From Candidatus Saccharimonadota bacterium (GTDB lineage: Archaea > Nanobdellota > Nanobdellia > Pacearchaeales > GW2011-AR1): a stretch of 32,000 nucleotides of DNA. The position numbers and the translations under genes were made by a program. Within the stretch, counting starts at the first letter, position 1. Every line of letters begins with the position of its first letter. The stretch spans positions 210,001 through 242,000 of the forward strand of contig JBEKXS010000001.1 of the NCBI GenBank assembly GCA_049511795.1. Direction: 5' to 3'. The notes beneath the pieces were generated by a model. That model was not told where the DNA came from, did not search any database, and saw only the letters and a list, made by a program, of their open reading frames with translations. This document shows positions 1 to 7,622 of this stretch, one piece after another.

Positions 1-567
1 ATAAAGGTCAAGTTCTCCAAGATTTGTATTTGTTTTTTTAGCAAGTTTGGACAAAATCTGCTCAATTTCAAGATATTTTTTTGGTGTTATTGTTTTCGGT
101 TTCTCTATCATCTTGTTTTTCACTAAAAAATCAACAATATGGAAATCTACTATTGCATAATTATTGAAACCAATGTTTCTTAAGAAATGACTTGCTTCTT
201 TCATGCCAAGCCCTTTTATGTTTTTTACAAGTTCTTCTCTTATATTTGAATCATTTATATTTAGTTTCTTGAAATTTTCTCTTGCCTGAAAAATATATTT
301 TGACCGGACTGTATGAAACCTGTAAACTTCTTTCAATTTTTTCTGGATTTCTGCCTCATTTCCTGTAAAAAGCGTATCTCCAAGATAATTTATTGTTTTT
401 ATCCCAAGTTCTGCGCTTGTGCCTGCTGTAAGTATGCAAAAAGCAAGTTCTCTGAAAAGGGAGTTGAAATCTCTCGGAATTGCTGAGAACTCATACATTC
501 TTTTATTGACTTCTTTGCCTACATTGCTTTTTCTAAGCTGAGAAATTAAGTATGTTGTATTCTGCAT
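1..567 (-). CDS. ogg: N-glycosylase/DNA lyase, Ogg2-type 8-oxoguanine DNA glycosylase (C-terminus runs off the window)
   Basis: Absent from the ORF track because there is no stop codon in the window. My minus-strand translation from the ATG at 565-567 gives MQNTTYLISQLRKSNVGKEVNKRMYEFSAIPRDFNSLFRELAFCILTAGTSAE...NIKGLGMKEASHFLRNIGFNNYAIVDFHIVDFL..., open to position 1. It carries a helix-hairpin-helix/GPD-type motif like archaeal Ogg enzymes. Confidence 0.6.
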   Translation of the reverse strand, partial: MQNTTYLISQLRKSNVGKEVNKRMYEFSAIPRDFNSLFRELAFCILTAGTSAELGIKTINYLGDTLFTGNEAEIQKKLKEVYRFHTVRSKYIFQARENFKKLNINDSNIREELVKNIKGLGMKEASHFLRNIGFNNYAIVDFHIVDFLVKNKMIEKPKTITPKKYLEIEQILSKLAKKTNTNLGELDLY

Positions 568-568
568 T

Positions 569-1180
569 TTATTTTATCTTTTTTATTTTTTTAATAAGAG
601 CATCTTTCTGTTTTCTGCTTGTGTGTGTTTTCCCAAAGCGAACAAGAGTTGAATTAACATGCCTCCAGTGTTTTTGTGGAAACAGGTTTTTTAAGTCTTG
701 CTCTATTTTTTCAGGCTTTTTGTTTTTCGTCCAGCCGACTTTCTGAGAGATGTATGAAACATGAGTGTCAACACCGATTGAATCCTGGCCTATTTCAGAC
801 AAAAATACATTTGCTGTCTTCCTTCCAACACCTGGAAGTTCAATAAGCTTTTCAAAATCATGTGGAACTTGGCTTTTATGATAAGAAACAAGCGCTTTAG
901 CGCAGTTTATTATATTTTTTGATTTATTTCTGTAAAAATTTACTGGCTTGATTATTTTCTGGACACTTTGAATAGGAGCTTTTGCCAAACTGTTTGGATT
1001 TGGATATTTTTTGAACAATTTTTCGGCTACAGGAATTGTTACTTCATCCCTTGTCCTTGCTGACATAATTGTAGAAATGAGGATTTCATAATCACTCTTC
1101 CACGATTCTGCAGCAAGGCGTATTTCTCCGCCTTTTTTCCTGAAAGCATGAAGTTGTTTTAATGCTGTTTTCTGGTCCAT
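569..1180 (-). CDS. nth: Endonuclease III-like HhH-GPD DNA glycosylase, lacking the C-terminal 4-Cys Fe-S loop
   Basis: The motif LPGVGRKTANVFLSE...GVDTHVSYI matches the EndoIII HhH motif with catalytic Lys and Asp. The track start at 1186 is a TTG; the first ATG is at 1180 (MDQKTALK...). The whole protein contains only one Cys. Confidence 0.8.
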   Translation of the reverse strand: MDQKTALKQLHAFRKKGGEIRLAAESWKSDYEILISTIMSARTRDEVTIPVAEKLFKKYPNPNSLAKAPIQSVQKIIKPVNFYRNKSKNIINCAKALVSYHKSQVPHDFEKLIELPGVGRKTANVFLSEIGQDSIGVDTHVSYISQKVGWTKNKKPEKIEQDLKNLFPQKHWRHVNSTLVRFGKTHTSRKQKDALIKKIKKIK

Positions 1181-1219
1181 TTTCAATAGAATTTTAAATG
1201 GCTTGAATTTTTATAGTTT

Positions 1220-2098
1220 ATGAGTGTTAATAAAATTAAAATTGACCTTGAAAAAATAAAGGAAAAGAAGACAACAAAAGAACTGCTTGAATTCGGCATA
1301 ATAAATGTTGACAAGCCATCTGGACCAACAAGCTTTGATGTTTCTGAATTTGTCATGAAAGCACTTGGATTGAGAAAGACAAGTCATTTTGGAACACTTG
1401 ATCCAAAAGTTACAGGTGTTCTTCCTGTTGCATTGAACAGGGCATGCAAACTAACTGGTTTTTTCTTAGGAGAAGACAAAGAATATGTCGGCATTATGAG
1501 AATACATAAAGATATTTCTTTAGAAGAGTTAAAAAAAGCAATTAAAGAAAAGTTTTTGGGAAAAATAACCCAGCTTCCTCCTGTAAAATCAAGAGTGGCA
1601 CGTGTTTTCCGTGAAAGAGAAATAAAGAAATTCGAAATTTTGGAAAAAGACGGACAAAATTATCTTTTTCACGTTGAATGCCAAGGAGGAACATACATAA
1701 GAAAACTCGTCGATGATTTGGGAAAAGAACTTGGAGTAGGGGCGCATATGCTTGAGCTGAGAAGAATGAGAGCAGGAATTTTCAAGGAAGAAAAAAGCTA
1801 CACTCTTTACGAAATTGAAGAAGCTGCAAAAGACGAGAAAAAATTAAGGGAAATGATAATTCCTGGAGAAATTGTAAGCGAGCTGTATCCTGTTGTTCAG
1901 ATAAAAAAAGATGAAATGGAAAAAATACTTAGGGGACAACCGATTTATCAAGAAAATTTAACTGAAAAAAGCAATTTTAATAAAGGAACTAAAATAAGTG
2001 TATTTTGTGGAGACAAGTTCATTGGAGTTTATGTGATAACATTAGAAGGAAGGGTATTTGCAAAGCCTGAATTTGTTTTGCAACCAATAGGAAAATGA
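1220..2098 (+). CDS. cbf5: H/ACA RNP pseudouridine synthase Cbf5 (TruB family, with PUA domain)
   Basis: GIINVDKPSGPTSFDV...HFGTLDPKVTGVLPV is the TruB/Cbf5 catalytic Asp motif. The C-terminal part is PUA-like (YPVVQIKKDEMEKILRGQPI). Confidence 0.9.
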   Translation: MSVNKIKIDLEKIKEKKTTKELLEFGIINVDKPSGPTSFDVSEFVMKALGLRKTSHFGTLDPKVTGVLPVALNRACKLTGFFLGEDKEYVGIMRIHKDISLEELKKAIKEKFLGKITQLPPVKSRVARVFREREIKKFEILEKDGQNYLFHVECQGGTYIRKLVDDLGKELGVGAHMLELRRMRAGIFKEEKSYTLYEIEEAAKDEKKLREMIIPGEIVSELYPVVQIKKDEMEKILRGQPIYQENLTEKSNFNKGTKISVFCGDKFIGVYVITLEGRVFAKPEFVLQPIGK

Positions 2099-2676
2099 GA
2101 ACATTTGTATACTTTTCATCAAGCGCAAGGACGTCTGGAAACTTTGATGTGAAAAATTTGATGGATGCTGGCAGGCTTGACATTGCAATGCATGTAATAA
2201 TAAATGCATTTTTCCTTTCCCACAAGCTAAGGGATGATGTTGTTCTGCATCTTATTTTTTATGGGATGCCTGACCCACCAAAGCACATTGAAATCCATGT
2301 AACAGAGGAAACAAGCCTCAGCAAGAAAGACACTGCAACATTGATAAAAAAAATACTTTACAAATACAAGCCAGGGCAAAAGATAGAGGCATTGCCTGGC
2401 TGTTTTGTTGAAAAAAAAAGCTTTTTGCAGGTGATAGATAGTTTGATTAAGGAAGGGAAGAAAATTTTTGTTCTTGACAAAGCAGGAGAAAACATCAGAA
2501 AGGCAGACCTTACAGAAGAAAGCGTTTTTATAATTGGGGACCAGGACGGTCTTCCAAAAAAAGAATTAAAAAGGCTGAAAAAAATCGCAAAGACAATATC
2601 CATAGGCCCGAATGTCTATTTCGCCAGTCAGGTAGTCAGCGTGATAAATAACGAAATGGATATGAGAGGTATTTAG
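2095..2676 (+). CDS. trmY: tRNA (pseudouridine54-N1)-methyltransferase TrmY (SPOUT, DUF358 type)
   Basis: The N-terminus FVYFSSSARTSGNF...DAGRLDIAMHVIINAFFLSHKLRDDVVLHLIF resembles Mj1640-type TrmY. An ATGA overlap with the cbf5 stop suggests translational coupling. Confidence 0.7.
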   Translation: MRTFVYFSSSARTSGNFDVKNLMDAGRLDIAMHVIINAFFLSHKLRDDVVLHLIFYGMPDPPKHIEIHVTEETSLSKKDTATLIKKILYKYKPGQKIEALPGCFVEKKSFLQVIDSLIKEGKKIFVLDKAGENIRKADLTEESVFIIGDQDGLPKKELKRLKKIAKTISIGPNVYFASQVVSVINNEMDMRGI

Positions 2677-3031
2677 AATCAGCTTAAGACCTATGAATAT
2701 TTTTTGCGTCTAGAATCTATAAGATACTCTATTTCTTCTATCCTCACCCCCATCCTGTACAACAGGAATATTTCTTCCTGAATATCTTCAGGTACATCTG
2801 CGAGAACAATTTTGTTTTTCATTATCACTTCTTTGATTATTGCCCCATAAGGGGGCACGAGTATGACTCCCTTCCGCTTTTGGAGAAAGGGAGGTGAAAA
2901 GAGAGGTTGAATTTCTTAATACACTCAAGAAATCGCCTTATAAATCAATTGTGAAGAGTTTGTAGAGAAACAGTTTATAGTGAGACTTTTCATAAGCTTT
3001 TTAAACGAAGTCCCTTTTTAAAGGGCATAAG

Positions 3032-3784
3032 ATGGTAAAAATAGCGCTCACTCCTGACTGGTTTTTAGGCAAAGATTTGATAATTGATATTTTCAGCTTT
3101 GTAGTTCTTGCATTATTTACTTTTTTTGCTTACAAGTACTACAAGATGAGCAAAAATAAGGGAACAGCAAACCTCGGAAAAGGATTTGGCTTTATTGCTC
3201 TTGCAGAACTTGCAGACATCGCTACAAAACTTGTTCTTTTCTATCATGTTGGTCCAAGCAGGGCAATCGGGGAAGCGCTTATAACAAATAATATAATAAG
3301 TTCTGTTGATATTTTTTATTATGCCGGATTTTTCTTTTTCAGGTTCTTCATGCTTCTGGGACTTTACTTCATATACAGGCTCCCAAAAAACCAGAAAAGA
3401 TCTCTTGAGGATTACATATTAATGTTCTATTTCATATTAATATCTGCATTTATTGGTCAGGAATTTTTCTACATTTTCCACATAACAGCATTCTTGCTTC
3501 TTGTGCTGATAATAGAAAGTTACATAAAAATATACAAGGAAAATAAATTCCTTAACACAAAGATTCTCATAATAGGATTTAGCATACTGGCCCTTAGCCA
3601 GATGTTGTTTATATTCTCCAATATTGCCTTATTTTATGCAATTGCAGACGTAGTAGAATTAATAAGCTATATTATATTCTTAGGTCTAATTATACGTATA
3701 TGGAAACATGGAAAGGAAAAGAAGTCGAATGGAAATAATATCAGACATGCTGGCAATAGTGCAAGAAAAAGGCGGAAGCATTAA
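3032..3784 (+). CDS. Polytopic integral membrane protein, unknown function
   Basis: 250-aa ORF with about 6-7 hydrophobic helices and a Lys/Arg-rich C-terminal tail. I recognise no family. Confidence 0.55.
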   Translation: MVKIALTPDWFLGKDLIIDIFSFVVLALFTFFAYKYYKMSKNKGTANLGKGFGFIALAELADIATKLVLFYHVGPSRAIGEALITNNIISSVDIFYYAGFFFFRFFMLLGLYFIYRLPKNQKRSLEDYILMFYFILISAFIGQEFFYIFHITAFLLLVLIIESYIKIYKENKFLNTKILIIGFSILALSQMLFIFSNIALFYAIADVVELISYIIFLGLIIRIWKHGKEKKSNGNNIRHAGNSARKRRKH

Positions 3785-3980
3785 ACCAACACACCTGATG
3801 TACAAGGCTAATCTTTCTCACAGCCAAATGAAGCTTTATCTAGAAGAGCTTATGGGCAAGAATCTTGTCAAGAAAGAGGAATCGAAGGCTGGCATGAGAA
3901 TAGCAATAACAAAACCGGGCAGAGATTTCTTGTTTAAGTACAACCAGATGCGCGAATTTGAAAAGACTTTTGGCTTGTAA
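3708..3980 (+). CDS. Small winged-helix DNA-binding protein (archaeal wHTH regulator-like)
   Basis: [54 protein letters not shown] is the typical N-terminus of small archaeal winged-helix proteins. It overlaps the upstream gene by 77 nt in another frame. Confidence 0.6.
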   Translation: MERKRSRMEIISDMLAIVQEKGGSIKPTHLMYKANLSHSQMKLYLEELMGKNLVKKEESKAGMRIAITKPGRDFLFKYNQMREFEKTFGL

Positions 3981-4029
3981 ATAATTCTATCAGATAAAAC
4001 TTAATAAATCCTTTTTGTCTGGTTTTTAT

Positions 4030-4305
4030 ATGAAAAAATCAGTGCGTGTTTACATTGATGGAACTGTTCAAGGCATTTTTTACAGGGCTTTTGTGAAAGA
4101 AAATGCTGAGAAGGAAAATGTAAAGGGTTTTGTAAGAAATCTTGAAGATGGCAGAGTTGAAGTTTTCCTGGAAGGAGATATTGAAAATGTTGACAAGATG
4201 GTGGAGCTATGCAAAACAGGACCAAAGCATTCTGACATAAAGAAAGTTGAGGTAAAGCCTGAGAAATTCCAAGATTTTAAAACATTTAAAATACTTCATA
4301 TCTAA
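4030..4305 (+). CDS. acyP: Acylphosphatase
   Basis: VRVYIDGTVQGIFYRAFVKENAEKENVKGFVRNLEDGRVEV matches the acylphosphatase signatures (V.G.VQGV.FR and G.V.N...G.V). The likely ATG is at 4030; the track start at 4015 adds 5 residues. Confidence 0.85.
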   Translation: MKKSVRVYIDGTVQGIFYRAFVKENAEKENVKGFVRNLEDGRVEVFLEGDIENVDKMVELCKTGPKHSDIKKVEVKPEKFQDFKTFKILHI

Positions 4306-4314
4306 TTATATAAT

Positions 4315-5769
4315 ATGGGAAGAGAAGAAGAGATAATAAAAGAGCGTGAAAGAAAAATAAAAGAGCTCAAGGAAAAAGGAATTAATCCATATGCCCACAA
4401 ATTCGACAAAAAGAATCTTGTGAAAGAATGCCTTGATGCGAAAATGGGAGAAAAAGTTCAGACAGCAGGAAGAGTTATGACAAAAAGGGAAATAGGAAAA
4501 ATAACTTTCTCTGACTTGATGGATTTCACAGGAAGAATCCAGATTGTTTTCCAGGACAAGGAAACGCCTGACAAGGATTTTGATTTCTTTACAAAATTTG
4601 TTGATGTTGGAGATATAATCGGTGTTGAAGGAAAAATTGTTAAGACAAAAACAGGACAGCATTCAATTCTTGTAAAAAAAATGGATTTGCTTACAAAATC
4701 AATTCTACCATTACCAGATAAATGGCATGGATTGCAGGACAAAGAAGAAAGATACAGGAAAAGATATCTTGATTTAATTATGAATCCGGAAATAAGGAAA
4801 GTTTTCGAAGTAAGAAGAAAGATTTTTGATTATGTAAGAGAATTCATGAAATCAAAGGATTTTGTCGAAGTTGAAACTCCAATATTGCAGCCGATTTACG
4901 GAGGAACAAATGCAAGACCTTTTGGCTCAAAGCTTCATGCTCTTAACATGGAAATTTTCCTGAGAATTTCTAATGAGCTTTACCTAAAAAGACTTGTTGT
5001 CGGTGGTTATGAGCGCGTGTTTGAATTTTCTCCTGATTTCAGGAATGAAGGAATAGACAAATACCATAACCCAGAGTTCACGCAGGTTGAAACAATGTTT
5101 GCTTATGCTGATTACAATGACAACATGAAGTTTGCAGAAGAAATGGTTTCTTACATTGTCAAGAAAATTCATGGAAAAACAAAAATAAAAGTCCATGAGT
5201 ATGATATAGATTTCAAGGCACCATGGAAAAAGCTCAGTTTCCTAGATGCAATAAAATTGGAAACCAAGATTGATTTCTCAAAAATAAAAAATATTGGTGA
5301 TGCAAAAAAAACAGCCGAGAAAATAGATGTTGACTGCAAAAAATGCGAAACGATTGGAGAAGTTATGATTCATGTCTTTGAGGAAAAAGTCCAGGCGAAA
5401 ATAATCCAGCCAACACTTGTTTATGATTATCCTGTGGAAGCTGCAGGACTTGCAAAACATAATGAGAAAAAACCAGGGTTCGTAGATTCATTTGAGATAA
5501 TTGTCAACGGAATGGAACTTGGTCTTTCATACTGCGAGCAAAATGACCCTCATGTTTTGGAAAATTACTGGAAATTTGCAGAAGCTAAGTTTAAGCATGG
5601 TGATTTGGAAGCGCAGCCAACAGACCCTGATTTTATCAACGCTCTGAAAGTTGGGATGCCTCCTACTTCTGGATTAGGCATGGGCATTGACAGGCTTGCG
5701 ATACTCTTGACAAACTCGCCATCAATTCGAGATGTTATTCTTTTCCCATTCATGAAACCAGAAAAATGA
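4315..5769 (+). CDS. lysS: Lysyl-tRNA synthetase, class II
   Basis: An N-terminal OB anticodon-binding domain is followed by class II motifs (RYLDLIMNPE, FRNEGIDKYHNPEFTQVE, GLGMGIDRLAILLT). Confidence 0.95.
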   Translation: MGREEEIIKERERKIKELKEKGINPYAHKFDKKNLVKECLDAKMGEKVQTAGRVMTKREIGKITFSDLMDFTGRIQIVFQDKETPDKDFDFFTKFVDVGDIIGVEGKIVKTKTGQHSILVKKMDLLTKSILPLPDKWHGLQDKEERYRKRYLDLIMNPEIRKVFEVRRKIFDYVREFMKSKDFVEVETPILQPIYGGTNARPFGSKLHALNMEIFLRISNELYLKRLVVGGYERVFEFSPDFRNEGIDKYHNPEFTQVETMFAYADYNDNMKFAEEMVSYIVKKIHGKTKIKVHEYDIDFKAPWKKLSFLDAIKLETKIDFSKIKNIGDAKKTAEKIDVDCKKCETIGEVMIHVFEEKVQAKIIQPTLVYDYPVEAAGLAKHNEKKPGFVDSFEIIVNGMELGLSYCEQNDPHVLENYWKFAEAKFKHGDLEAQPTDPDFINALKVGMPPTSGLGMGIDRLAILLTNSPSIRDVILFPFMKPEK

Positions 5770-6386
5770 AAAGCGATGAAGGAAAAATTAAAGTAAGAAT
5801 GGAAAAACTGCCAATTACAAGAGAACAGGCATGGAAACTTATTTTGAAACACAATACTCACAATCCTGATTTAGTTCATTATCTTGAATCAGAGGCTGTA
5901 ATGCGGGAATTGGCATTGCATCTTGGAGAGGATGTTGAGTACTGGGCAATGCTTGGTCTTTTGCATGATGTTGACTGGGGTATTACAAAAGAAGATGTGA
6001 AAACACATCTTTCAAAAATGCCTGAAATCCTAAGGAAAGAAGGATTTACAGAAGATTTTATTGAAACGATTTTGAGCCATGGTTACGGCTTTGAAGAATT
6101 GCCTGCTTTGGCAAGCAAGACAAGGACAGAAAAAATACAATATGCTCTTGCTGCTTCAGAAACAATAACTGGCCTTGTTCATGCATATGCATTAATGAGA
6201 GGAAAGAATATTTCTGATATGGAGCCTGCCGGACTTAAGAAAAAGTTCAAGGACAAAACTTTTGCAGCAAAGGTTTCAAGAGAAGTCATAAAAGAAATAG
6301 AATTGTGTGGTGTTTCACTTGATGAATTTTTCAAGATTGCAATAGAAGGAATAAAGAAAATAAAAAATGAGGTTGGTCTTGTATAA
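5766..6386 (+). CDS. HD-domain metal-dependent phosphohydrolase
   Basis: ESEAVMRELA...LGLLHDVDW carries the H...HD motif. ATGA overlap with the lysS stop. Confidence 0.7.
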   Translation: MKSDEGKIKVRMEKLPITREQAWKLILKHNTHNPDLVHYLESEAVMRELALHLGEDVEYWAMLGLLHDVDWGITKEDVKTHLSKMPEILRKEGFTEDFIETILSHGYGFEELPALASKTRTEKIQYALAASETITGLVHAYALMRGKNISDMEPAGLKKKFKDKTFAAKVSREVIKEIELCGVSLDEFFKIAIEGIKKIKNEVGLV

Positions 6387-6392
6387 AATAAA

Positions 6393-6578
6393 ATGGGATT
6401 AATAATTAAATCAAATATAAGAAAATCTGTCAAAGATTTAGACAAGGAAAATGCAATAACTGCTGTTGCAGATGAAGTTGGTGCTGCTCTGGAAAGAAAA
6501 AATGAGGAAATTTTGAGCGACGCAATAAAAAGAGCAAAGGCAAACGGAAGAAAAACATTGCAGGCGCGAGATATTTAG
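6393..6578 (+). CDS. Small histone-fold-like protein (DUF1931-type)
   Basis: 61 aa. The C-terminal AIKRAKANGRKTLQARDI resembles the conserved end of the DUF1931/histone-like family. Confidence 0.5.
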   Translation: MGLIIKSNIRKSVKDLDKENAITAVADEVGAALERKNEEILSDAIKRAKANGRKTLQARDI

Positions 6579-6612
6579 TTATATTTTTATAGTTCTGCTA
6601 TTTTTATGAATA

Positions 6613-7032
6613 ATGAAGAAAAAGAGCGAGAATTCTTTAAGAGGAAAGAAAAGTCGTGCTTCTGGAGCAAGATTTGAAGTAAAAGTTAGGCAAGAGCTTG
6701 AGGCAATGGGCTGGATTGTAAGCAAATGGATGAATACTATTGACTATGAAAAAAACAAAATTGTTCCTGCAAAAAGAAAATTCAATCCTTTCCTGAAAAT
6801 TCTTGGGCTAGGAACAGGATTTCCTGACTTTATATGCTTCAGGAGAAATCCAAATCAAAGTTATGAAATAATAGGAGTTGAAGTCAAGTCAAACGGGTAT
6901 CTTGATTCAATTGAAAGAGGAATGTGTGAATGGTTAATTGAGAATAAGATATTCAGCAAGATAAAGATAGCAAAAAAAGGAAAAAAGCCGGGCGAAGTTG
7001 AGTATACTGATTTTCAGGAAAAATATGGATAA
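6613..7032 (+). CDS. PD-(D/E)xK nuclease, Holliday junction resolvase Hjc-like
   Basis: SGARFEVKVRQELEAMGW...GFPDFICF...IIGVEVKS fits the Hjc pattern G.. FE ... PD ... E.K. Confidence 0.45.
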   Translation: MKKKSENSLRGKKSRASGARFEVKVRQELEAMGWIVSKWMNTIDYEKNKIVPAKRKFNPFLKILGLGTGFPDFICFRRNPNQSYEIIGVEVKSNGYLDSIERGMCEWLIENKIFSKIKIAKKGKKPGEVEYTDFQEKYG

Positions 7033-7121
7033 TATTTTGTGTTTAATTTATTTAATAACCCGTAAGCTATAAAAACCACTGAAAGTTCTGGAATTTCAGA
7101 TAAAACAATTGTAAAAAGAAA

Positions 7122-7622
7122 ATGAGTACAAGTGAAGGAATAAAGGCAATGATGATTCTTGATATAATAGGTAAGCCTGCACAGCATCTTGTTGACACCC
7201 TTGAAAAAATGATAGAAGAAATGAAGACAGAAAAAGGAGTCAAAGTTGTTTCAAAAAACATAAGGGAGCCAGTTACAATAAAGGATAACAAGGAATTTTT
7301 CACAACTTTCGCTGAAGTGGAACTAGAGGTTGAGGATATAATGACTCTTAGTGGTATGATGTTCAAATATATGCCTGCACATATTGAGGTTATTTCGCCT
7401 GAAAAAATAAATCTTGCAAATACAGGCTGGAGCGACATTCTCAGCGAGCTTGTCAGAAGGCTTCATTCTTATGATGAAATGACAAGAATTGTGCAAATGG
7501 AAAATGCTAGGCTTGTTGCAGAGTTGCAGAAAGCAAGAACCGGAATTTCTGTAAAAGAAATTTCTGAAAATCCAGAAGAAAAGAAAAATACTGGGAAAAA
7601 ATCTTCTAAAAAGAAAAAATAA
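7122..7622 (+). CDS. Hypothetical cytoplasmic protein with C-terminal coiled coil and Lys-rich tail
   Basis: 166-aa ORF with ordinary coding composition and its own upstream TATA-like element. No family recognised. Confidence 0.5.
   Translation: MSTSEGIKAMMILDIIGKPAQHLVDTLEKMIEEMKTEKGVKVVSKNIREPVTIKDNKEFFTTFAEVELEVEDIMTLSGMMFKYMPAHIEVISPEKINLANTGWSDILSELVRRLHSYDEMTRIVQMENARLVAELQKARTGISVKEISENPEEKKNTGKKSSKKKK

Noticed and set aside
552-746. 64-aa plus-strand ORF (MLYSAFYFIFFIFLI...)
   Set aside because: It lies antisense to the nth/ogg genes. The Phe/Leu-rich low-complexity sequence is typical of the reverse frame of an AT-rich Lys-rich gene.
2019-2603. Minus-strand ORFs 2019-2225 and 2358-2603
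   Set aside because: They are antisense to the well-supported cbf5 and trmY genes, and no family features are present.
4306-5861. Several minus-strand ORFs (4306-4662, 4458-4742, 4984-5196, 5278-5460, 5565-5861)
   Set aside because: All are antisense shadows of the class II LysRS and HD hydrolase genes.
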